Assembly (NCBI GenBank): GCA_002269645.1
Contig: NIVC01000304.1
Span: 75,612 to 139,611, forward strand
DNA length: 64,000 nucleotides
DNA from: Macrostomum lignano
Taxonomy: Eukaryota
Reading direction: 5' to 3'
The translations under genes and the position numbers were made by a program. This document shows positions 12,442 to 23,400 of the stretch, in pieces; position 1 is the stretch's first letter; the number at the start of each line of letters is the position of its first letter. The notes under the pieces were generated by a model, which saw only the letters and a program-made list of their open reading frames with translations, did not search any database and was not told the origin of the DNA.

Positions 12442-13862
12442 TCCTATATACTAAAAATGAGTTGTCTGTATGTGGGTAGGTATGCGATAGATTTCAGAAA
12501 AAATGGCTCAACCGATTTTCTTCAAACTTGCACCATTTGATCAGAAATTTTCCTGGGACGGTATATGCATCTTGGCTAAAAAATTGCTCAATTTTAAAGG
12601 GATTAAATATTCGAAAAACCTGCTTTTTTGCAAAGGTCAAGCAGCTCTTTCGACCTAAAATTCATTGTAAGAATGCTAGAGAAAAAACTGACTGGCTGAA
12701 TTCCGATTGTGATAAAGATTGCATCACAACAAGTTGAAAACAGTGCCGAAGAAATGCACACACGACTTGATTTAAATTGCGTAACCAATATTGCTAACTT
12801 AAATTGAGACTGATACTGGCTGACTGAGAAATTGATTATGTCATTACTTTTTACTTCAATTGACTTGCTGTAAGAATTGAATTATAAGGGCCACAATTCA
12901 CGTTCTCCAATTGAAAAGAGATAGCCAAGATGCGAACAGACTGGAATGCTAATGTAGCGACCTGGGTTCGAATCTTAGTAGTGCAAAAAGATTTTTTTAT
13001 CAAAACACCTTAAAAACACAACAAAACTGCTAAACATAATAGAAGCGCAATGTCAAACATAGAAGAGCCACCATGTCGAACATTAAAAAGCCAACATTTC
13101 GAATATAAAAGAGTTACCATGTCAAACATAAAATAAGCACTATGTCAAACATATATGTGACTCCATGTCAACGATTAAAAAGCCACCATTTCAAACATAG
13201 AAGAGCCACTATGTCAAACCTAAACAAGCCACCACGTCTAACATTTAAGAGCCACCATGTCAAACATTTAAGAGCCATTATGTCAAACATTAAAGAGCCA
13301 CCTTTTTAAACAAAAAGGGACCCTATTTTAAACATAAAAGAAGTGTCATGCCAAACAAAATGGAACCATTATAAAGCTAAGGAAATTGTTGCACTAGCTA
13401 CTTGTTCTCTGGTGGATGCTTGCTTTTTAAGGATGGATACTTGCTTACAGGGGGATGCTTGCTCTTGTGGGTGGAGGGTACTTGCTATCTGAGAGGGGGT
13501 TGCTAGATATCTATAAGGTATCTTTATATCCAGGTTATGCTTGCTATCAGGGGTTGCTTGCTGTCTGGGGGATGCTTGCAATCTGGGGGATGCTTGCTAT
13601 CTGGGGATGCTTGCTATCTGGGGTTGCTTGCTATCGGGGGGATGCTTGCTACCTGGGGGATGCTTGCAGTCTGGGGGATGCTTGCTATTTGGGGATCGAT
13701 GCTTGAATGCTGTCTGAGGATGCTTGCTGTCTTGGGATGTTTTGTTTTTAGAGGGAATGTCTGTTGTTGTTTTTTGAAGGTTTTATTTTGCTGTCTATTT
13801 GTTATTTGTAAAGAACAAGGATTCTATCCAGATGTCCCCCATCGGGGGGCGAAGATTGCTAG
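12442..13862 (+). mobile_element. Non-autonomous Helitron (1421 bp) nested in the MULE
   Basis: 5' A|TCCTATATACTAAAAATG. 3' hairpin CCCCC-ATCG-GGGGG (13836-13849) about 10 nt before CTAG|T. This is an AT-site insertion without TSD. It carries two internal ~20-bp degenerate arrays (~13050-13330 and ~13400-13720). Confidence 0.8.
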
Positions 13863-15548
13863 TATATATATATACATGAAAGCTAAAAAATTGTATATAC
13901 TGTATACCTGCTGCTCTATATGTATATATACATGTAATTTTGAAACCAATAAAGTGCATAATGTACTAAAAGTATTATTGTTTTCCTGATTTGAATTCAA
14001 CTTTGACTTTGTTTGTAAAGCAAAATTACATGTAACTGACCATTTAGCTAGGTTTTCAATTAGAAAATAGACATTTTAAGAACATATAGCTATGTACATT
14101 TAATTTGTGCTACATGTATTTTTAAGAATATTCTTAAAACTACTCCTGTTTAAACTGAAGAAATACAGTAAAAAATCTATATCTAAAGTACTCGGGTAAA
14201 AAAACATGCTAAACTTCCCAAGTCAACCATGTACTTGGATGACATTGTTGACTTACCAAGTTTTTAGCAATGGTTTGGTTTTTCTTAGGCTTTTCTTTTA
14301 CTTAGAACAAAATTTTAAACATAAGAGTGAACTGACTATTTTGTGTTAAGAAAGTACAACAAAAGGTGATAGAAAAATTTACAATTTTAGTACTAAATTT
14401 TTAGTTGTAGTAATTAAATACTATTATAATTCAAATATGTAAAATAAAATAAATTATATTATATTGTTCACCAAAGTGGTCAATTGCATTCGCCAAAGTG
14501 GATTCTCTGAAATGGTCTTTTGCCAAAGTGGCCTTTGCCGAAGTGGGCTTTTGCCGAAATGGACTAAAACCATAATATTTAATATAAAAATAGGCCCTAC
14601 CCTATGTCAAAAAACATATTTATCATGTTAGATTGTTAGGCCTAGTTTATAACAACAATGCTAATGCCAATGGCAATGCAACCTAGGCTCCCTATTATTA
14701 AATTAAATAGATTTTTGAAGCAATAAGACATCATGGCAAACAATAATATAAAAATTAAAAAAGACCTAGCTTTGTAACCATATTATTTTTTTAATTAAAT
14801 TAGTTTGAAACTTTTATTTGGCCTTTCATTTTCAACAAGACTTGCTGATTTTGAGAATTTAATTGGTTGCGAAATATAATTTTAGTTTTTAGAAGATAAC
14901 AGCTGTATTATACAGGCTCAGCCTGTATAGGCCCCTAATTCCAGACCAAAAGTATGGCCCAAGTTTTTTGGACACGGCTGAGGGGCGGGGCCAATGCCAC
15001 CCAATTGGGTCCGCACTGTCATATACTATAGTCTATAGAGTGTAGTCAGCAGCGACAGTGTACATATTTAGTCCAGACATAAAGGTGAATGATGATATGG
15101 GGTTATAAATTAATTAGAACATCCCGCAAATCTTTTCCGAGAAACATTGTTACTTTTAACATTTATATTAACAAACAAGTCAAAGTTTTTTTCGCATTTA
15201 GAGAGTAAATGATATAAAACTTTAAATAAATCCTCAGAGTATGCAATATCCAGTGTCTTCAGTGTCATTCTACATTGGCGAAGTCAGGTACTGCTTGACC
15301 ACTGCCTCCAAACCAAAGCTATTGGATGCTGCAATCCAACTCCCCTTGGTGCTCATGATTATGTAATTGAGTGGTTAAATTGAAGGGGAAAAGATCTCAC
15401 TCTCATTATAGTGTAGTGTAGTCTCTTGGTTGGTCTTAGACTTTTTAGCATTGACATGTACATGTACGCATAACTGCAAACAGTTGGTTGTAAAAAATAT
15501 AGTGTCTTTAATTAGAGCTACAAGGAACTGATACGTACATACACGAAC

Positions 15549-16253
15549 CAAGGACGACTTAAGTTATAGAAGGACGGGAAACCTCGTTTCTTAGAAAATT
15601 TGACGAGTAGAAGGCAGGTTTTCCCGAAAAAAATACGCCATGGAGATAGGAAGTTTTCATTTTTTCAGCACAAAAATTGCTATTGATTTTGATAGGAGGC
15701 AGATCCAGTGTTCATCTTTTGATATGTTGTGCCTTTTTTATTGCTCTATCGATATTCATAAAGCTTTTCCTTCAAAAAATTTGGATTCTATGTAATTTTT
15801 TTTTCTACGTACATTTTCACGTGTCTTGTGCCTGAAATACATTAAAATGCCACGGCTTGGCTCTTTGGTGAGTCTATTTTATCATTCTTACCTGACTGTG
15901 TAACAAATATTTGTAACAGAGATGATAAAATAGATTCATAAAACCAAATATTGGAGCTGTGTCATGCATTTTTGTGATTTTTAGATACAGAAAATGTATG
16001 TTAAAAAAAATTAACATAGAAATCTATTTTTCTGAACGAAAAGCTTTTCGAATATCGATAGAGCAATAAGAAAGGCACAACATATCAAAAGATGAACACT
16101 GGATCTGCCTCCTATTAAAAGCAATAGCAATTTTTGTGCTAAAAAATGAAAACTTCTTATCTCCATAGCGTATTTTTTCGGGAAAACCTGCCTTCTACTC
16201 GTCAAATTTTCTAAGAAACGAGGTTTCCCGTCCTTCTACTTAAGTCGTCCTTG
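15549..16253. mobile_element. 705-bp foldback-like element with ~250-bp imperfect TIRs
   Basis: CAAGGACGACTTAAG...CTTAAGTCGTCCTTG termini. The arms remain complementary for ~250 bp and the centre is also partly palindromic. Candidate 2-bp TSD AC. Confidence 0.85.
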
Positions 16254-17465
16254 ACTTCATGAGCATCATCATATTCATATCATATATGCATGTACATGTA
16301 TGGTCCAAAACTCTTAAATAAGGCTGCTTTTATTAAAAAAAGTTAACAAAATCTAACTTGAAATAGAAAGTTAGGTAGAGATGCTCGCTGAACAAAAAAT
16401 ATAAAAGAATGAGGACATACGCTTGTAAAGCTTCACAAAATCACAGGCCTATAGTTTGAATGCGCAGCTTGCAGGTGGATGAGCCATTTTGCAGCTCAAA
16501 ATTTTCTAAACTCAGTGTTTGCGTACCGATCGCTTTGCCAATTAAGTTCAGTGAATTGTAGGCCGTTTACTCTGTTTTCATACCTGATTGTGCATTTATC
16601 GATAGGGACTGAGCACACTTTGTCTACTGCCCTGTACCCTTAACTCAAATATAATTATTTGCTGTTTAAGCTGCTTGACTGCATGCTTGTGTCTAAGCGC
16701 GTTGGCTTTGACTTCAAATGTTGGCGGTGTCCTTTTTCACTATTTTATAACTTGAAATATCTGAAAATTTCAAAAAATTCCGATTGGTCCCTCATGATTT
16801 CAACCTATACGAGCTTAGTCCAAAAATATTGTCAAAGAGTAATAACACTCATAAACAGTGCATCCAATTTTACACCAGTTCACGTGTACATGCACACGGC
16901 AAGAGGAAGTGTAATTAATCACGGAATTGCAATGATGCAGGGCAAACAGCATACGCGTATAATTATGTAGGCGAAAGTCACAGCAAAAGTCTTACAGGTA
17001 CGTTATAGCTATATATATGCACAGCACAAAAACCCGTCGCATATGCGACGTTGAAGCTAGGCGCGGACTTTTACAATAGATAGCCGACGCTAGTAACGAC
17101 AAGACTGCGCAAATCAGCGAAAAAAATAAATAATTAAAACAAAAATGTTTTGGTAGGTCAGCCTCCGTCTGACTAATGTAAAACTTAAAAGTGTCCATTC
17201 TCCATTAACGTTCATCGTCAGTGGGTACGTCCATAACGCGCGCAAAATGTTGAATTAGCTTCGCGAAACAGAATAAGAGCAAGAGAGAAGAAAAACGATA
17301 ACAAGTGAAGCGAGTCTCTGAACAATCAAACCGCTAGCTAAGCCAAATACTATACGCGAATCAACTTGAGTGTATCGCACATGCAATATTCGTGTATGTA
17401 GGTTACGCCTTGCTGACTGTCTGAATATTCAAATAAGAAAAGAAAGAATTTTAAAAGACACATTT

Positions 17466-20400
17466 TCAGCCAGTATATCCGCCGTTGCTGTTGCCGGCTT
17501 CAGTCGGCCTCGACTGCCGCAGATAATTTTCTGGCTGCTCATGCTGACGATACTGCTGCTGCGGCGGTGGCTGCTGACCTGCTTGCCTCTTTGGTGGATT
17601 TGCTCTACCAGAGTTTGACTCCATCGGAAAGTTCTCTCCATCTGACTGACTCCGAAAATAACACCTGTAGAGCAAGAAGCCGCTGCCAATCAGCAGGCCA
17701 GCGCCGACAACGGAGAAGACCAAAATGAGTGCAACTGCCCAGGTTTCGAGGCCGCCTGCGTCCGGGTTCGGAGTCTCGGAAGGGAGGATCGGAGTAGTAG
17801 GTGTAGTAGGTGCGGGTGTTGAGTCAGTGATTTCTGAATGATCGGTGGGACCTGTAGAGCTTGAGGACAAGGTAGAGTCATAATTAGTTGACTGGCCAGT
17901 CACCTGTGTTCCAGTAGAATCGGTCATCTCCGTCTGCGGCGTCGCCGTCTGTGGTGCCGTTGGTGTCTCCGTCGGTGCTTCTGTCGGTGTCGTCGGCGAG
18001 GGCGTAGGGAGGTCGTTGATGCAGTCAGGCGAGGCGACGCACGGCAGCGTCTGGTCCCAGAAGGCGCAGTCCAGTCCGCGGAGCGCGTGCTCAACGTAGT
18101 GAGGCGGCCAGCTGACGTTCCAGCCGCCGCTTCCAGAGTCGCGCAGCAGCAGCACCCGCCGGCTGTCGGCTCCGTAGGCCTCCCAGCTCACGTTGCCGCT
18201 GTTGGCGAACTCGACGAGGCTGCGGACGAGGAAGCCCGACAGTTGGGCGCGCGCCTCGCCAAGCGGCTTGGAGGGTCTCGCAGGGCTGCCCAAGGCGTAG
18301 ACGGCGTCATCCGCTGGAGTGGGAGTTAAGCGGTTGGAGGGGCTTTGGACACTTCAGTGAGAGGGAGTTAAGCGGTTGGAGGGGCTTTGGAGCACTTCAG
18401 TGAGAGGGAGTTAAGCGGTTGGCGGGGCTTTGGAGCACTTCAGTGAGTGGGAGTTAAGCAGTTGGGAGGGGGGTTTGGAGCACTTCAGTGAGTGGGAGTT
18501 AAGCGGTTGGGAGGGGGGGTTTGGAGCACTTATGTGAGTGGGAGCTAAGCGGTTGGGAGGGGGGGGGTTTGGAGCACTTCAGTGAGTGGGAGCTAAGCGG
18601 TTGACGGGGCTTTGGAGCACTTCAGTGAGTGGGAGCTAAGCGGTTGACAGGGCTTTGGAGCACTTCAGTGAGTGGGAGCTAAGCGGTTGACGGGGCTTTG
18701 GAGCACTTCAGTGAGTGGGAGCTAAGCGGTTGACGGGGCTTTGGAGCTCTTCAGTGAGTGGGAGTTAAGCAGTTGGGAGGGGGGTTTGGAGCACTTCAGT
18801 GAGTGGGAGTTAAGCGGTTGGGAGGGGGGGGGGTTTGGAGCACTTCAGTGAGTGGGAGCTAAGCGGTTGACGGGGCTTTGGAGCACTTCAGTGAGTGGGA
18901 GCTAAGCGGTTGACGGGGCTTTGGAGCACTTCAGTGAGTGGGAGTTAAGCAGTTGGGAGGGGGGTTTGGAGCACTTCAGTGAGTGGGAGCTAAGCGGTTG
19001 ACGGGGCTTTGGAGCACTTCAGTGAGTGGGAGTTAAGCAGTTGGGAGGGGGGGTTTGGAGCACTTCAGTGAGTGGGAGTTAAGCGGTTGACGGGGCTTTG
19101 GAGCACTTCAGTGGGTGGGAGCTAAGCGGTTGACGGGGCTTTGGACACTTCAGTGAGTGGGAGCTAAGCGGTTGGCGGGGCTTTGGAGCACTTCAGTGGG
19201 TGGGAGCTAAGCGGTTGACGGGGCTTTGGACACTTCAGTGAGTGAGAGCTAAGCGGTTGACGGGGATTTGTAGCACTTCAGTGAGAGGGAGCTAAGCGGT
19301 TGACGGGGCTTTGGAGCACTTCAGTGAGTGGCGATTTGCACTGGTTAACCAGTGCCTCAGTGCTAACCTGAGCGAGCTCATCCCACCTGCCTGGCTTCCC
19401 CGCTCCCCTCAGCCCCGCCTGCTCACAGAGGCTGGCGCCGACCAGCCGATCCCCGATTTCCTCGGCCGGCTCGGCGAGCAGGAAGCCGAAAACCTGAGCA
19501 GTGCTCAAAGCAGCCGCTCTGGCCATGAAGCTCCAGGTAGGACAGGTAAAGTGCCGATCGCCCAGCGCCCGCGACAGCAGCTGGGCCTCCTTGACGTCCC
19601 CGACGCCGGCGTCAGCGGTCGAGCTGGGGAATTCGGCGAAGCGGCGACTCGCGGCTTCCAGTCCGACCGAGGACAGCGACTCGCCGAAGCGGGGGAAGTG
19701 GCGCAGTGACTGGCCCAGGTGCTGTGGAAGGTGAGAGGAGTGACTGGCCCAGGTGCTGTGGGAGGTGAGAGGAGTGACTGGCCCAGGTGCTGTGGGAGGT
19801 GAGAGGAGTGACTGGCCCAGGTGCTGTGGGAGGTGAGAGGAGTGACTGGCCCAGGTGCTGTGGGTGGTGAGAGGAGTGACTGGCCCAGGTGCTGTGGGAG
19901 GTGAGAGGAGTGACTGGCCCAGGTGCTGTGGGAGGTGAGAGGAGTGACTGGCCCAGGTGCTGTGGGTGGTGAGAGGAGCGAGTGGCCCAGGTGCTGTGGG
20001 AGGTGAGAGGAGTGACTGGCCCAGGTGCTGTGGGAGGTGAGAGGAGTGACTGGCCCAGGTGCTGTGGGTGGTGAGAGGAGTGACTGGCCCAGGTGTTGTG
20101 GGAGGTGAGAGGAGTGACTGGCCCAGGTGCTGTGGGAGGTGAGAGGAGTGACTAGCCCAGGTGCTGTGGGTGGTGAGAGGAGTGACTGGCCCAGGTGCTG
20201 TGGGAGGTGAGAGGAGTGACTGGCCCAGGTGCTGTGGGTGGTGAGAGGAGTGACTGCCCAGGTGCTGTGGGAGGTGAGAGGAGTGCGGGACTCAGCAGTG
20301 ACTGGCCCAGGTGCTGTGGGAGGTGAGAGGAGTGCGGGACTCAGCAGTGACTGGGCCAGGTGCTGTGGGTGGTGAGAGGAGTGCAGGACTCAGCAGTGAC

Positions 20401-23400
20401 TGGCCCAGGTGCTGTAGGAGGTGAGAGGAGTGCGGGACTCAGCAGTGACTGGCCCAGGTGCTGTGGGAGGTGAGAGGAGTGCGGGACTCAGCAGTGACTG
20501 GCCCAGGTGCTGAGGGAGGTGAGAGGAGTGCGGGACTCAGCAGTGACTGGCCCAGGTGCTGTAGGAGGTGAGAGGAGTGCGGGACTCAGCAGTGACTGGC
20601 CCAGGTGCTGTAGGAGGTGAGAGGATTGCGGGACTCAGCAGTGACTGGCCCAGGTGCTGTGGGAGGTGAGAGGAGTGCGGGACTCAGCAGTGACTGGCCC
20701 AGGTGCTGTAGGAGGTGAGAGGAGTACGGGACTCAGCAGTGACTGGCCCAGGTGCTGTGGGTGGTGAGAGGAGTGCGGGACTCAGCAGTGACTGGGCCAG
20801 GTGCTGTGGGAGGTGAGAGGAGTGCGGGACTCAGCAGTGACTGGGCCAGGTGCTGTAGGAGGTGAGAGGAGTGCGGGACTCAGCAGTGACTGGCCCAGGT
20901 GCTGTAGGAGGTGAGAGGAGTGCGGGACTCAGCAGTGACTGGGCCAGGTGCTGTGGGAGGTGAGAGGAGTGCGGGACTCAGCAGTGACTGGGCCAGGTGC
21001 TGTAGGAGGTGAGAGGAGTGCGGGACTCAGCAGTGACTGGCCCAGGTGCTGTAGGAGGTGAGAGGAGTGCGGGACTCAGCAGTGACTGGCCCAGGTGCTG
21101 TGCACCTCACCTCCAGCACGCGGTCCCGCGTCACGTTCAGGCCATCGGGCAGCAGCAGCCGCACCAGCGTGTTGCCGGGGGAGTCCACGCCGCCCAGCAG
21201 CAGCGGAACCGGCGGCAAGGCGTCCACCGACCACGGGTCGGACTTCAGGAAGTCGGCGTCCAGGGCGGGTCCGAAGGCGACGAAGGGCGGCTGGAGGCGG
21301 GCGACGTCGCGCTGGAAGTCTGCGGCCGCGCTGACGATTTCCGAGGAGGTGAGGTTGCGCAGGCAGTCCAGCAGCTCAGCGGGGGTCGACTGGCTGCAGT
21401 TCAGGTAGCTGGCTGAGGAGTCGGAGGGGTGGATGAGCTGTGCAGTCTGGGAGATGAGTGCTGCAGCTCAGGTAGCTGGCTGAGGAGTCGGAGGGGAGGA
21501 TGAGCTGTGCAGTCTGGGAGATGAGTGCTGCAGCTCAGGTAGCTGGCTGAGGAGTCGGAGGGGAGGATGAGCTGTGCAGTCTGGGAGATGAGTGCTGCAG
21601 CTCAGGTAGCTGGCTGAGGAGTCGGAGGGGTGGCTGAGCTGTGCAGTCTGGGAGATGAGTGCTGCAGCTCAGGTAGCTGGCTGAGGAGTCGGAGGGGAGG
21701 ATGAGCTGTGCAGTCTGGGAGATGAGTGCTGCAGCTCAGGTAGCTGGCTGAGGAGTCGGAGGGGAGGCTGAGCTGTGCAGTCTGGGAGATGAGTGCTGCA
21801 GCTCAGGTAGCTGGCTGAGGAGGGGAGGGAGGATGAGCTGTGCAGTCTGGGAGATGAGTGCTGCAGCTCAGGTAGCTGGCTGAGGAGGGGAGGGGAGGAT
21901 GAGCTGTGCAGTCTGGGAGATGAGTGCTGCAGCTCAGGTAGCTGGCTGAGGAGGGGAGGGGAGGATGAGCTGTGCAGTCTGGGAGATTAGTGCTGCAGCT
22001 CAGGTAGCTGGCTGAGGAGGGGAGGGGAGGATGAGCTGTGCAGTCTGGGAGATGAGTGCTGCAGCTCAGGTAGCTGGCTGAGGAGTCGGAGGGGTGGCTG
22101 AGCTGTGCAGTCTGGGAGATGAGTGCTGCAGCTCAGGTAGCTGGCTGAGGAGGGGAAGGAGGATGAGCTGTGCAGTCTGGGAGATGAGTGCTGCAGCTCA
22201 GGTAGCTGGCTGAGGAGTCGGAGGGGTGGCTGAGCTGTGCAGTCTGGGAGATGAGTGCTGCAGCTCAGGTAGCTGGCTGAGGAGTCGGAGTCGGAGGGGA
22301 GGCTGAGCTGACACCTGTGCAGTCTGGCAGATAATACTTGCGCGGACTGTGCTGAGTACAATCACAGTACTCAAAGTACTCCTAAACTGCAAGCAAGCGG
22401 GTATCTGCAGGTCTCACCTGTAAAACTTTTGTGCATCGCCCGCACTTCGTCTGGCATTGGCGACACCGCGAAGGGGGAGTTCGGCGAGCCCGACAGAAGG
22501 ACGGCGCGCTGGAACTGCAGCGGCTCCGCCAGCAGGTGGAAGCCGACGGAGGCAGCGCCGGCCTCCACGCCCACCAGACTGATTTTGCTGGGGCTGCCGC
22601 CAAAAAAGCGCACGTTGTAGCGCACCCACTGGAGGGCCAGCGCCTGGTCTCGGAGGCCAAGGTTTGCGGGCACCGAGGCGTTTTGCAGCCACAGGAAGCC
22701 CAGAGCACCTGGGAATCAGCAGGCATTGCGACTGAAGCTGGCAGATCCCACCTGTGCTACTGCAGCCCGGAGCACCTCAGATCCCATCACCTGCCATTGC
22801 TGCTGCAGCTCACCAAAGGCCTGAGCACCTCAGATCCCATCACCTGCCATTGCTGCTGCAGCTCACCAAAGGCCTGAGCACCTCAGATCCCATCACCTGC
22901 CATTGCTGCTGCAGCTCACCAAAGGCCTGAGCACCTCAGATCCCATCACCTGCCATTGCTGCTGCAGCCCACCAAAGGCCTGAGGACCTCAGATCCCATC
23001 ATCTGCCATTGCTGCTGCAGCTCACCAAAGGCCTGAGCACCTCAGATCCCATCACCTGCCATTGCTGCTGCAGCTCACCAAAGGCCTGAGCACCTCAGAT
23101 CCCATCACCTGCCATTGCTGCTGCAGCCCACCAAAGGCCTGAGGACCCTCTCCTCACTTACCATCTCCTCATCCTCTCCTCACCTACTCCTCACCCTCTC
23201 CTCACCCACTCCTCACCCTCTCCTCACCCTCTCTTCACCCTCTCCTCACCCTCTCCTCACCCTCTCCTCACCTTCTCCTCACCCTCTCATCACCCACTCC
23301 TCACCCTCTCCTCCTCACCCTCTCGTCTCCCTCTCGTCACCCTCTGCTCACTTACCCTCTCCTCACCCTCTCCTCACCCACTCACCCAGTCTGTAGGCGA

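Larger units (their letters stand above)
11797..14571 (+). mobile_element. Internally deleted Mutator-like (MULE) transposon, 8-bp TSD ATAATATT
   Basis: Imperfect ~105-bp TIRs (11797-11900 and 14466-14571) built of ~15-bp CCACTTTGGCAAAAG-like sub-repeats. ATAATATT at 11789-11796 and 14572-14579. A transposase C-terminal remnant lies inside. Confidence 0.75.

Noticed and set aside
19705-21100. Repeat arrays as CRISPR-like loci
   Set aside because: Units are head-to-tail with no unique spacers, there are no cas genes, and the context is eukaryotic introns. The same holds for all arrays in the window.
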